Counted from the first letter of the stretch, positions 1 through 13,457 are shown. The stretch: 64,000 nucleotides of DNA from Octopus sinensis (GCF_006345805.1 NC_043004.1:103106001-103170000), one strand, 5' to 3'. The notes: generated by a model not told the origin, from the letters alone. A program made the numbers and translations.

Positions 1-159
1 GACTTGAAATGAAGGACATTGTTTGCATGACGGTGACACTCACACAACTATCACATGATGTCAAAACAAAGACATAGTGACACAGGTACACGCAAACACA
101 GACATCCACCCCACCCCCCGCGTGCACACACACACACACACACACAAGCACGCATATAT

Positions 160-311
160 GACAAGCTTGTTTCAGTTTCCATCAACCAAATCCATTCATA
201 AGAATTTGGTCCGCTCGATCGCAGAAGTCATTAGTCCAAGGACTCACACAGAAAGACAGAATCCGAAATCACGTAGTTGGGAAGCAAACTTCTTACCATA
301 CAGCCACGCTT
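160..311 (-). mobile_element. Degenerate 5' half of tRNA-derived SINE (family A)
   Basis: Diverged match to the family A head (cf. 25200-25393): ttcagtttcc..caaatcc..cttaccatacagccac. Confidence 0.55.
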
Positions 312-841
312 GCATCTAATGCATAAAGAAAGCCCAAGTTCGAAAGGGATGGGAAAAGATGGTGGAAAATACGGGTTTTCCAACGATAGAAATGTTATGG
401 TAATGACAACTTTACTTCATGTTCACAGATTAAAAAAAATATTTAATAAAAAAAGAAGAAATGACCTCAGTCAGCAGTCATTAAAATATATAACAATACA
501 CTGATATAGGTTTAATCGACTGTGCCCTACCATCCTACCATTACACTCACCAAAATGACATTGTTGAGAATTCTTTACTTAAACTCTGCTGAAAGATAAG
601 ATCAGTATATCAAAGACAACATAAATACCTTGAAATTTTTATTTTCCATTCGGCTATTTTGACCCACAGCTGGAGGAAGTCTGAATTTGTAGTTGTCCGT
701 TTATCTGTTGGTTGTAGGCCTGCATGTCCACATTGACCATTCTACTCAGAAACGCTACGAAAGTGCTTGCAGCTGATTTAGACATACAGCAAAGGAGCCA
801 GTATGTTGTTCCATATTTTGCTTTAGTCCAAGAGTCCAAGA

Positions 842-842
842 G

Positions 843-902
<60 letters not shown>

Positions 903-929
903 CCTATCTATCTATCTATCTATCTATCT
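842..929. repeat. (TATC)n microsatellite, left flank of Tx1 insertion
   Basis: Direct reading: about 22 TATC units. Confidence 0.95.
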
Positions 930-3890
930 GTTGGTGGTTTGCCCTCAAGAGAGCAGTAAAAGCAGAAGCGATTAGGTACAGCAAAGCACTAGCCATAGAT
1001 AGAAATAGAGTAGAGGGTGAGCTAGTTAAGAAGCTAGAAGAGGCAATTAGAAGCGGCATCGCATCCGACGTTTTGGCGGCGAGGTTGGCCCTCGACCAAC
1101 ACTTCAACGCCAAACACGAAGGATGTGCTCTCAGAGCTAGGATGCGTGCTCTAAGGAACGAAGGTATTGGAGCCGCGAGAGAGGCCCGGGTGGCAGAGGC
1201 GCAACAGGGCAACAAAGCCACCATTCGGTCCCTGGTAGATGAACAGGGGCGCGAATTGCTCGAGCCAAGTAAAATGTGTGAGGCCTTTCAGCAGCATTTT
1301 GCCCGACTGTTCGGAACGAGTGGAGGGCAAGAACGTAGGGTGGACTTCAGTGCCTACCTACATAGCCTACCACGACTCTCGACAAGAAAGGCAGGGTGCT
1401 GCGAAGGTGCCATCACGGCGGCGGAAGTGCAGGAAGCGATGGCAGAATGCTCGCGGGACAAATCACCGGGTTTGGATGGTCTACCCTACGAGCTTTACAA
1501 TTGTATGCCAGACTTGTTTGGAGATCTCTTGGCGGCGGTGTACTGCAACTGGCAGCAAAACGGGAGCATTCCTGGTTTTGTGAGCCGAGGAGTCGTAACA
1601 CTGCTGAAGAAAGATCTAAACAAGGGAAATGTAATAGATAACTTTAGGCCCATCACTCTGCTTAATGCAGACTTGAAAATTTTGGCCAAGTTGCTAGCCA
1701 AGAGGTTGGCGCTTGTCATCGAGAAACTGGTCGACAAGGCGCAAACATGCGCCGTGCCAGGCCGGACCATCCATGACAACCTCCACCTGATGCGCCACAT
1801 CATAGACAGGGTAGTTAACGAACCTGGCATGGGTGGGGCGCTGATCAATTTGGATCAATCGAAAGCTTTCGATAGGGTGGACCATCGATACTTGGAGGCG
1901 GTCCTCGGAGCGGCTGGCTTCGGTCCCGTCTTCCGCGGCTGGATAACCGCTTTGTACAGAGGCATCCTTTCGGTAATTCGCGTGAATGGACATCTATCGA
2001 GACCCTTCGACATCGCACGTTCGGTCCGTCAGGGATGCCCCCTCTCGTCGCTTCTATACGAGCCATTATTGCGGAAGCTGGCAACTTTGAGAGGCATCCC
2101 GCGAGAACTGGGATGCGGGACGAGCGTGTCTGCATACGCGGACGACGTCACCGCCATAGTGTCTAGCCACGAGCACATCGAGCAGCTCGGCGAGACACTG
2201 AAAAACTACGAAGCGGTGACAGGAGCGAAAATCAACCGGGAAAAGTCAGTGGGCTTGCGACTAGGCACCTGGAGAAGCAAGCCCATGCCATCCACCAGCG
2301 CCTCCGTCGTGGGACGCTGGACCGACGGCCCGGTTGAGTTGCTCGGGGTCTGGTTTGGTCCGGACCTCCAAGTGGAGAAGAACTGGAACGAGATAACGAG
2401 TAGGGTGGTCACTCTCGCCCGGCAATGGGCCGAGAGGAAACTGTCCCTAAAAGGTCGGGCGGAGGTGGCGAACACGTACATCGCGTCCGTCATCTACTAC
2501 CGCCTGACCGTCGTACCTTGTCCCGACTCTACCATCACCAAACTACAACGCATTCTCTTTCGCTTCTAGTGGAAAGGATGCGTCCCGATGGTCAGGCGAT
2601 CCATTTGCTGTCAACACCCGTTAAAAGGAGGGCTGGGCATGCCGTGGTTGATGATGCGCAGACACGCGCTGAGACTGCGACATCTCTGGCTCTATGTAGA
2701 CGACGGTGAACAGGTGTGGTCGCCGTTTGTGAGGCACGCTTTCCCGCAGCTCGTCTCCATGACCGAACTGCAGTCGTGGATCAAAAACAGGCCGAGGAAG
2801 GGCGAATGGCACCGCGAGTGTCGCGTTGCTCTCAAGCAACTCTGCCGTCCTGGGTCGACCTTGAGTGACTTCAACACAACCAAAGCATTCTATAGGGGTT
2901 TAGTGGAGGGGAGGTACGACGACGAGCTTGGGGCGAACCTGGACGTCGACGAGGAGTACCTGACCCGCCTGTTCGGGACGACTTTCGGGCCAGGGCCCAT
3001 GGACAACTTCCAGAGATCCCTGGCCTGGCAGTGCTACCGAGAAGCGCTACCCGTTCGGGATAAGCTCTACAGACACGGCTCGAGAAACACGGGGCCGACC
3101 TGCCAGAGATGCGGTCAGAGCGACGAAACCGTTCTGCACGCACTCGTGCAGTGTCCAACAATTTCCGACCTGTGGGCTTATGTCGAACAACTGCTGTCAC
3201 GTGTGGGACGAGTCGGTTTATCAGCTGAGTCTATCGTCAATATTGTCACGCCTCCTTCCTTCAAACGGGAAGGAAGAGCTATTTTCATCATCCTTGTGGC
3301 TATGGCGAAAGAATGTATCTGGTGGACGCGTCTGAAAGGATTGGAGACAAACACTTTCCTCTCTGGTCAATCTCTCATCAACTTCTTCAAGTACCTCTTG
3401 TAAAGGAAAGTGAGAGTAGAGAGGCAAGTTTTGTCTAGCGAATGTTTTAAAAAAAGATGGGTGAATGTAGCAAGAATGGCACGTATGAATGACGAAGCCA
3501 CCTTGAGCATAATCCTATGAACCCAGAAATTGAAAACAGAGAGTTGCTTATTTGCAAAAAAAAAAAAAGAAATATAACATGTGACTCCATTGACCGAGGT
3601 TACCTTGGTCTTTTCCGTAGGCTTTTCTTTCCACGGGTAAACCTCACCTGTCCTCCCCTTTACACTTCATATTGACATTTCTGTGATAACGATCCCTATT
3701 GATCAATTTTTTTTTCCTCTCCCCCTTTTTTTTAACCCCCCCCCCTTTTTTTGTCCTCTTTCTTTCCTTTTACGATCCCTTTTGATCGAAACTCCCCCCT
3801 TCCTTTTTTTTTTTTTAACCTTCAAAAGAAAAGCTCTACCTTGTAATTTGTTCTATCTGTGTGCAGCCCTGTGTGGCTAATAAAGAAACA
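930..3890 (+). mobile_element. 5'-truncated Tx1/L1-clade non-LTR retrotransposon
   Basis: RT motifs FRPITLLNADLKILAK, LDQSKAFDRVDH, SVRQGCPLS, YADDVT and C-terminal CQRC..H..C zinc motif; 3' UTR with AATAAA at 3879-3884; abuts (TATC)n on both sides. Confidence 0.92.
932..3520 (+). pseudogene. ORF2 remnant (RT + CCHC zinc finger; endonuclease lost)
   Basis: One frame from WWFALKR (932) to TGA (3518-3520), with premature stops at 2567-2569 and 3401-3403; LLYEPLL suggests a ~4-codon in-frame deletion relative to the usual LLYxxxxEPL. Confidence 0.85.
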
Positions 3891-4111
3891 TATCAATCTA
3901 TCTATCTATCTATCTATCTATCTACCTACCTACCTACCTACCCACCCACCCATCCATCCATCCACCCATCCATCCATCCATCCATCCATCCATCCACCTA
4001 CCTACCTACCTACCTACCTACCTACCTACCTACCTACCCACCTACCCACCCATCCATCCATCCATCCATCCATCCATCCATCCATCCATCCATCCATCCA
4101 TCCATCCATCC

Positions 4112-4163
<52 letters not shown>

Positions 4164-4178
4164 CTATCTATCTATATA
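3891..4178. repeat. Compound (TATC)n-(TACC)n-(CATC)n microsatellite
   Basis: Direct reading. Confidence 0.95.
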
Positions 4179-5040
4179 GAAGGTAACTTCTATAATCTTC
4201 AGCATAAAGGAAACATAGTGTAGCCACCATGTATTGACAGAGTATTTCTTAGCATATCGTCATTAATTTCCATTAATTTTTCCATACACAAGGAAAGATT
4301 TCTTTATTTGCTATAAGGACATACTGTAAAGGAATTACTAGTGTTTAGGAGTGCAGGGCATATTGACATCACAATGGAAATCTTGATACGATGCAGAAAA
4401 GTCGGAAGAACTAAGGAACAATTACTAAAAGATGAATGAATCCTGACCATTACAAACATTGTAATGGATGAGCCTGCCATTAAGAAGCCTGTGATATGAT
4501 TCTTCGTTCTTGAATAATAGAATGTTTAGAGATGACAGGGAGAATTGCGAATATAAATGAATTGATAGTAAGCAGTATAGCACACTCCCTTTGCTTTTTA
4601 CAATACGCAAGACACCAACAATATTAACTATATAAAGGATATGGCATGGATATAAAAGCTCGGCGGAATAAAATCAATAATCTTCGTATGGATGACTAGA
4701 ATCTGTTTGCAATAAACGAAAATCAAACACAATGTAACGCAGCAATACTCGAAGACATGCAATGTAGAATTAAAAATTGTAAAATTTTTATAATGAAACA
4801 AGGGAATATTAAAGCGAGTAACAGGTTCAGATACACCTGATAAAGAATTAATACAGGTCAATACAATATCGCAAGACTAGAGGAGATAAAAAGGAACTGG
4901 ATATAAATGAATGCATATTGTATATTTTGCAAATTAAGTCGTCACTCACCGAGAAAAAATAAAAGTGTTTAACCTTCTACCAAGGTTTATTCATTTTTAT
5001 TGGAACAATCCATTCCCCAAAATTTATACCAACAGCTGAC

Positions 5041-5170
5041 AGGCGCAGGCGTGGTCGTGTGGCAAGGTTCCAGGTTCAGTCCCACTGCGTTGCACATTCT
5101 ACTATAAGCCTCGGGCCGACCAAAACCTTGTGAGTGAATATGTGAGACGGAAACTGAAAGAAGTCCGTCG

Positions 5171-5207
<37 letters not shown>

Positions 5208-5401
5208 TTGTGTTTATGTTTGTCCTCTCGCCATCGCTTGACAACCGATGGTGGCATTTTTACGTCCCCGTAACTTAGCGGTTCGGCAAAAGAGACCTAT
5301 ATAATAATTACTGGGGGCGATTTCTTCGACTAAAAAAAATCCCTATAAAGCGGTGCTCCAGCATGGCCGCAGCCAAATGACTGAAACAAGTTAAAGAGTA
5401 A
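5041..5401 (+). mobile_element. SINE family A, partly deleted head
   Basis: ggcgcagg..ggttcagtcccactgcg head, internal (TA)(TG) tract, tail gactgaaacaagttaaagagta. Confidence 0.85.
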
Positions 5402-5644
5402 AAAAAAAGAGCTGATGTGGAAACATAAAGGTGGAAATATTGAAAGTAATAGTAATAAAATGAAATCAGAAATGAATCAATTGGAGTCTAAGAATCTTGC
5501 AGAAGTGTTTTCTTAGCAATGATAAACTTCAACTCTGCAAGACTAGTCCACGCTTTCAGTGGGGTTTCTACAGCTAGCCATGTGAAATTTAGAAATATTA
5601 GCGATTTGTCCCCGCAACCCACTGTTTTCTGATCTACAAGCATA

Positions 5645-6860
5645 TGCTTATTTTAGTTCAATCCATCTTATTTTAAAACAGTCACCCACTTTTTGACAAA
5701 TATAGTGAAGAAGAGCACTGTTTTCTCCTATCACCACTTTGGAATCTAAAGTTGGAAACGAAAAAGTCGATGAGAGCTTGACTGAATAGTCAAGCGTTCG
5801 TTCTTTGTATTCGTCAAGCATTCGTTCTTTCACCCTTGTCCTCGAACTCTTTCCTTCCCCATAGTCCCCAGAAAGAAAAATGCGTGTCCTGCCTGATTAA
5901 AGAAAGACGGTGGGATGATGTTTTCAATGAATTCGTACTATAGCAGAATCCGCCCTACACGCGACAATTGCTGTTCAATTTGACGCCAGAAGTCAGCAAT
6001 GCATACGGGTCAGTTTCGTCGCTCTGCACTTGTTTATCTCAGCCGGCACTTCCATATATGTAGAACTTGTCTCGAACCAGTAGAGTCCCTCTCTAGCAAT
6101 GGCAAGCTAAATTTTTTGAAAGTTATCTACATTAATCTCTGTCAGAAAAGTCCTTCGGAACAAGCTAGCTAGTTCGTTTTCGTCGACCAGAGTTTCGCCG
6201 AAAGTATCTTCACTTGGCAGCCTTGCCGCTCCTTGGTTTCGCAGAACTGGGAATTCACCTGTTCCTGTGCCAGTGGAAGCAGACGTCTACAAGGACATCT
6301 CCGAACAAGTATGAGCAGATCGATCAAACCAGGAGGTTTTCACATCATACCACCATCTTGCATCTTACCTACTATTATTGGGTTTTCACTGCAGTCAGCG
6401 ACTTTGACCGGGAGCTGCGACAAGCCATTCAGGTACGTTCTTTTGTCTTCTACCCTTTCTGGTCCACTACCCTTCACGAACAGCAAAGTGCTGCTGGAAA
6501 GCCGCATGCATCTGCTTGAAATCAAGAAATAGGCGTTCATTCCGATCAGTCAAATATTGAATTGTCGTTTTGTTATCACATTGTACTTCAGCCATCCGAG
6601 CCCATCAAACGTCTTTCGTTTCTTCAAGCTTTACATAGGACTGATGACCCGCTGGTCTGTAATTTAAATTTTGTGCATTGCGGTGAAGAAAGATATTCGC
6701 CGCTAACGTGTCGGTTGCGATGCCTTTTCTGATTGCTTCCTTTAATTAACTCCTCCTCTAATCTTACGTCTTTTAATATCGTTCCTTGAAAAATGAGAGG
6801 CGAAGTCAATAACAGCAAGATTTTACTTCAGAGCGTAAAAAGATGTGACTAAATACAGCA
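5645..6860 (-). mobile_element. Older, internally deleted Tx1-like copy
   Basis: Minus-strand peptides KTTIQYLTD..MHAAFQQHF, ERVEDKRTYLNGLSQL and IADFWRQIEQQLSRVGRI align to ORF2 of 930-3890; many stops and frameshifts. Confidence 0.8.
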
Positions 6861-7239
6861 AGGTAACAAGGTTTTATAGCCTCGTTCAATGCCGCCTCCA
6901 CAGTCACTGATTACTCATGTGTATCTATGTGTCTGTATTAGAATGCGCAAGCATGTGCACGAGAGAAAGAGAAGAAGAGAGAGAGAGAGAGTGTGTGTGT
7001 GTGTATGTGTGTGTGTGTGTGTGTGTTTGTATGTGTGTGCGTGTGCACCATGCGTGTGTATGTAAGTATGTAAATGTGTGTGTGTATGTATGTATGTATT
7101 TATATCTATGTGTGTACATATACATTTTTCCGTCGGGGGTTTATATGATCCAATATTAGACTATTTACCTTAGTCAATGCAAGGTGATCACTTATAAGCT
7201 ATAAGCTTATAAAACATTAATATATATATATATATATAT

Positions 7240-7660
7240 CCGCCGCCAAGGCATCGCCGATAAGGCTCCTTTCCAAAATGCGCCAGAGAAAATTTGTTTG
7301 CTTGTTATCAGTCGTAAGACACTTGTTGTTTTCACCGTTAATGCTTCTGTATTTCATGTTTCTGTATTCCATTATTGTTTTTTGCCTTTTATATTCGTCC
7401 CTTTTGCTGTCCCGGTGTTCGTATGCATTCGATCCTTCTTCCAGGAAATCTACGCTCCCAGCTTAGTTTTTCTAATGCTCGTTGCTTAGTTTTTCTTGGA
7501 GGGCTGGCCGTGATCTAGTAATCTCAAGATTAATCAGCCGAAATTACTACGATGATCCGGTTCTTGACTGAAGACTGAGGGTTTCGAATGTCCTGTCCGT
7601 GTTTATTGTATCGTCTTCTAAGAGTTATGCGTTCTTGTCCATGTTGTATTTTTCTACATA
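7240..7660. repeat. Interspersed repeat, unclassified
   Basis: The 7540-7660 part is similar to 62465-62635 (ggttcttgactg..tcgaatg..gcgttcttgtcc). Confidence 0.45.
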
Positions 7661-7662
7661 CC

Positions 7663-7713
<51 letters not shown>

Positions 7714-7728
7714 GTATATATGTGTGTG

Positions 7729-7795
<67 letters not shown>

Positions 7796-8142
7796 CATAT
7801 AAATTTGATAATTAGGTTTAGTATTTTCTTCGATATCTCCAACATCTCCCGACCTCATTATTAGAACTCGTGTCGCGCAATAGGGAGAAGCTAGGAAAGA
7901 GGCTTGCAAACTGAGGAAAGGTTTCTATCATTCTCTCAATTGTCTTTGCTGCCATTGTCATTTAGGTCAGCTCTATTCCAGGTTTTCAAGCCATATTCAT
8001 TGTCTCTTAGTTTTTGTTTTTTTTTTCGATCACGACCTAATCTAATCTATCCTTTTTCTTCTTTTTTTTCAAGATAGTACATTTGTGACTTGAGGGAAAA
8101 TTTGGTTGTTCTTTCTCTTATGCACATATATAACCAAAATAG

Positions 8143-8342
8143 GACTCTTTTACTTGTTTCAGTCATGTGACTCTGGCCATGCTGGAACACCGCCTTTAGT
8201 CGAGCAAATCGATCCCAGGACTTATTCTTTATAAGCCTAGTACTTATTCTATCGGTATCTTTTCCTGAACCGCTAAGTTACGGGGACGTAAACACACCAG
8301 CATCGGTTGTCAAGCGATGTTGGGGGGACAAACACAGACACA

Positions 8343-8394
<52 letters not shown>

Positions 8395-8567
8395 CATATA
8401 TACGACGGGCTTCTTTCAGTTTCCATCTACCAAATCCACTCACAAGGCTTTGGTCGGCCCGAGGCTATAGTAGAAGACACTTGCCCAAGATGCCACGCAG
8501 TGGGACTGAACTCGGAAGCATGTGGTTCGTAAGCATGCTACTAACTTCACAGCCACTCCTACGCCTA
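8143..8567 (-). mobile_element. SINE family A, full length
   Basis: Reverse complement of head, internal microsatellite and tail. Confidence 0.9.
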
Positions 8568-9373
8568 TGTATATGTAAACTGACCATGTATATGTAAGCT
8601 TACGTAGTTGACAAACAAATATGTCACTTTTACCTTTGTAGGTATTTTTAAAAAATGAAAATGAACCTCAATCGATTTTCGGCCCTTATTGGAATCTCAT
8701 CGGAGGTGCCAACATCACTTGACCAATCGTAGAGAAACACATCAGAAGTGTCAACATCACTTGACCAATCCCAGAGATACACATCAAATTTTGGAGCTTC
8801 AGAGATCTGGAGTTATTAATTTGCATAACATTGTTTAACACTTTAATTTAATATTAGTAGCCTGTCAACAGGAAACCCAGTCCATACGGCATCAAGGTAT
8901 GATATAGTATCTGTAAACCGATGTAGAAGACATAAAACAAGTCAATTTTATGTCTTCTACATAAGCATGTCACTTTTATCTGTCTCAATGTAGAAGGAAA
9001 AAAATGCTCACGTTGTTGTCATCATTGTTGTTTCTTAGTTCAGGTCAGCCTTGATATAATAATCAAAGGTGTTCCAAATGTGACTATCCAGTCTTTTATT
9101 CCAACACAATTTGGGCTTATATTCTAAAGACACGACAAGGAGTACGAGAATAGTCACACAAAAAGTCATGATTCAGGCGGATATTGAATTTAGGACGGAT
9201 ATTGGACAGGAATTGATGGAGAACATGAAAAAGAATTTATGGTTCTTCATCGTACCTCGAAAAACCTTATTTGATTGATATAATTGTGTCTGCAGAGTTT
9301 GATAAGGTTTCTCTGTGGCACAACCGGCGCTAATTCTTCCTGTTTTACCTAAAACTCTTAGAAGCAAATACTA

Positions 9374-9753
9374 GGCGCAATGGCCCAGTGGTTAGGGCAG
9401 CGGACTCGCGGTCGTAGGATCGCGGTTTCGATTCCCAGACCGGGCGTTGTGAGTGTTTATTGAGCGAAAACACCTAAAGCTCCACGAGGCTCCGGCAGGG
9501 GATGGTGGTGAACCCTGCTGTACTCTTTCACCACAATTTTCTCTCACTCTTACTTCCTGTTTCTGTTGTACCTGTATTTCAAAGGGCCGGCCTTGTCACT
9601 CTCTGTGTCACGCTGAATATCCCCGAGAACTACGTTAAGGGTACACGTGTCTGTGGAGTGCTCAGCCACTTACACGTTAATTTCACGAGCAGGCTGTTCC
9701 GTTGATTCGGATCAACCGGGACCCTCGTCGTCGTAACCGACGGAGTGCTTCCA
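9374..9753 (+). mobile_element. tRNA-derived SINE family B
   Basis: A box tggcccagtgg, B box gtttcgattcc; near-identical inverted copy at 23298-23648. Confidence 0.88.
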
Positions 9754-10689
9754 CCATCCAATTAAACTACTTCCTACAAACAACCCCCAGTTCAGCTAAA
9801 TAAGATAGATGTTAATCTAGCTATACTGGCGTTAGCTATCACCAATTCGTGTTCCTGTCATCCTGTTATTAAAAGGCTGTTCTTCTCCACTTTTGACTGT
9901 TTGTTGGCTATTTTCCACCTCCAGGGCTGATATTGAATATTTGTTCTCCATCACTATACGTCTTGGCGATCCGCCGGGTTCTGGTCTTTTCATACGCCTC
10001 ACCTGCTTTGTTGGCTCCCATCCATAGTGTTGGCTCCCATCTTGGGTACTGGCTGTCACTACTTTTTCTGGCTGCTACTTTCACTCGAACTGCCCAATAT
10101 TTTTCTTTTTTGTTTTTGTTTTTTACGTCCGCTCACTCTCCCCACATAGCCATACCCAGTGACCAGTAAATAAACACTTCTTCCCCCACCCTACTGGTGT
10201 CTAAATTAACACAATAAAGCCGTTGTCAAGTCGGTAACCATCAGCAACAAAACATTGTTTATCGTGGCGATTGTTTATGGTATGGAGGTTGTGGTTATGT
10301 GAGAAGAGAAAGGAGAAAAAAATGATGATAGTAAAAGACGAAGAAAGCGACAGAAAGAAAAAGGAGAGGAGAGAAGAGAAAGTGAGAGAATGTAAAGAAA
10401 AGAAACCGAAGAAAGAGAAATAATATAGAGAAGTAAATAAACTGAATATGCGAGAGGGAAATCGAGAAGGACATATAAAGAGAGATGGAGAGAAGGGAGA
10501 GAGAGATTAAAAAATAGAATAAAAGAACAAAGAAGGAAAGTAAAAAGATAGATAGCAGGAAGTGTGGGAATGGTGCGAGAGGATGTTTATATGATATGTG
10601 TAGGTAGACATGGAGATCAAAGTAGCTAGCTTGCTAGATCGATGAAGAGATTTATCGATCAATTGATTGGCGGGTGAAACAGAATGAGA

Positions 10690-10755
10690 GAGTTGGCTGG
10701 CTAGATAGGTAGACATGCAGATGGGTGGATAGACATGCAGATGGATAGATAGATA

Positions 10756-10787
<32 letters not shown>

Positions 10788-10848
10788 TAGTGAGAGAGAG
10801 AGATAGTGAGAGAGAGAGAGAGAAATAGGAAGGTAGGTAGGTAAATAA

Positions 10849-10885
<37 letters not shown>

Positions 10886-10910
10886 CAGACAACCAGGCAA
10901 ACAGACAGTC

Positions 10911-11006
<96 letters not shown>

Positions 11007-11025
11007 TAGATAGATAGATAGACAT

Positions 11026-11111
<86 letters not shown>

Positions 11112-11154
11112 TAGATAGATAGATAGACATATAGACAGACAGACAGACAGACAG

Positions 11155-11235
<81 letters not shown>
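10690..11235. repeat. (GATA)n/(GACA)n/(GA)n compound microsatellite
   Basis: Direct reading. Confidence 0.95.
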
Positions 11236-11236
<1 letters not shown>

Positions 11237-11642
11237 TGAAAAATAATGAAAGTTGTTGCTGTTTGACCCAAGGTCTGACTAGCCGAAATGACCTACGAAG
11301 GGGTCTTCACGATCATCTTGTCTTGTATCTAGGAGTACATTATTCAATGTTTCCATCCTTATTTTAGACTGTATAATGTTATTTAGGAGAGATTTGGCTG
11401 ATATTTTTAGTCAGATGAGTATGGAGAATGATAGAGATTAAGTAAGAGCGATAAAAGAATTATATGTCGATGTATATGCGTGTCTATATATTTATCTATC
11501 TATCAAGCTATCTATCTATCTATCCATATATATATATACATATATGGGAGAGGTAGAAAGTGGAAGGCGGAAGTTCAGAAGAGAGTAAGGAAAGAAGAGA
11601 GAAATGAAATTCGAGAAAAACTGCTTAAAATACAGAGGGGGA

Positions 11643-11683
<41 letters not shown>

Positions 11684-12230
11684 CGCATAGAAATTGGAGG
11701 AAAGAGAAAGATTTACACGAAATGCGTAAGATAAAACTGTCATGGCAGTCAGCCATTGACTAGTAACATGGTTTATTGATTACGGACGGAACAGTTTACA
11801 GACAGGAAACCAAACTATCAAAGCGCATGTCTAACAGATAAAAACAACAGACATAAGCGAAACAGAGGGTTATTTTTATCATGTTGGTTCCTACTGGCAA
11901 CCAGGTCACTCTCACTCGGAACTACCCGCTACCATCTTTCTTTCTGGTTTCATTTTCCTCTTTTATTATCGTCTGGTCTTTCCTTACCTTTTGTCTCACT
12001 TTCTTTCTCTTACTCTTCCTTCATTCCTCTTTTTCCTTCTTTCTTTCTGTTCCCCTCCCCCCCACCTCCGCAATTTACTTCGTACTTTCTTATTACTTTC
12101 CATCCTTATATCATTCATAGTTTCTTTACTTCCTTTATGTTTATCCGTTCTTCCTTTTTTTTCTTTTGCTATTAAATGTTTTTAAAGCTCTTACTCTATT
12201 CCGCACTTGCTGCTGTTTTTAGTGGATACT

Positions 12231-12570
12231 GGCGCATGGCTCAGTGGTTAGAGCGTCGAGCTTATGATCGTGAGGTTGTGAGCTCGAATCCCGGACCGGG
12301 CTGCGTGTTGTGTTCTCGAGCAAGGCACTTTATTTCACGTTGCTCCAGTTCACTCAGCTGTAGAAATGAGTTGCGACGTCACTGGTGCCAAGCTGTATGG
12401 GCCCCTTTGCCTTTCCCTTGGATAACACTGGTGGCGTGGAGAGGGGAAGCTGGTATGCATGGGCGACTGCTGGCCTTCCATAAACAACCTTGCCCGGACT
12501 TGCGTCTAGGAGGGTAACTTTCTAGGTGCAATCCCATGGTCATTCATGACCGAAGGGGGTCTTTACCTTT
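12231..12570 (+). mobile_element. tRNA-derived SINE family C
   Basis: A box tggctcagtgg, B box gctcgaatcc, central domain gagcaaggcactttatttc..cactcagctg; its 3' domain recurs inverted at 13790-13910. Confidence 0.82.
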
Positions 12571-12992
12571 ACTGCTTTCGCAGTATATAAACAACTGTTT
12601 CTCCAACGACCAAGGATGTCTCACTATCACTCTCTCGACTGAGTTGTTTTTCTGTTTCGACGGATTCAGTTGAGGAGACCTGTCGATGAAGTAGAACAAC
12701 CGTAATATTGTAAGCTCGCCAAAAATGATCAAAACAAGTATTTGTGGTGGGGTTGCCGCTGTGCATATGGGCTCATCTAAGACTGATTTCGGTAATATAC
12801 ATCATATTCGCTGAAGCAATTGTCCTTGAATCAGGTTCAGATTCTCTCTCTCTCTCTCTCTTTCTCCTCTCCCCTCTCTTTCTCTTTTCACTCTCTCTCC
12901 TTTCTCTTTTCCTTCTCCTCTCCCTCTTTCTCTTTCCATATATCTGTTCTATTAATATATATATATATATTATATATATATATATATATATA

Positions 12993-13325
12993 GGCGTAGG
13001 AGTGGCTGTGTGGTAAGTCCTTGCTTACCACCACATGGTTCGGTTCGTTCAGTCCCACTGCGTGGCACCTTGTGGCAAGTGTCTTCTACTATGGACTCGG
13101 GTCGATCAAAGCCTTGTGAGTGGATTTGGTAGACGGAAACTGAAAGAATCCCGTCGTATATATGTATATATATATATCTATATATATATATATATATATT
13201 ATATATAATAATATATATATATATATATACATTATATATATATATATAATATAGTACGTGTTGTGAATATGTTTTTGTGTCCAGCATGGATCACAGTCCA
13301 ATGACTGAAACAAGTAAAAGAGTAA
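12993..13325 (+). mobile_element. SINE family A with internal deletion
   Basis: Head and terminal tail present, most of 3' body absent. Confidence 0.82.
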
Positions 13326-13421
13326 AATAGAATAGTTGGAATTTACAACAAAAAAAAATACGAAGACAGGTGTAAAAACAACTAACAGGTATATTAGTTT
13401 AACGCTCGGGAAGATGAGAAA

Positions 13422-13457
13422 GTCTTTTACGTATCGAGCTTACGCTCTTCAACAGAC
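13422..13457 (-). ncRNA. Degenerate minimal type I hammerhead ribozyme motif
   Basis: Minus strand gtctgt-tgaaga-gc gtaa gc-tcgata-cgta-aaagac: stem II GAGC/GCTC, palindromic ACGT stem III, two core lesions. Confidence 0.55.

Noticed and set aside
12231-12300. tRNA genes at SINE heads (also 9374, 14728)
   Set aside because: A and B boxes are present, but the acceptor stem is not closed and SINE bodies follow.
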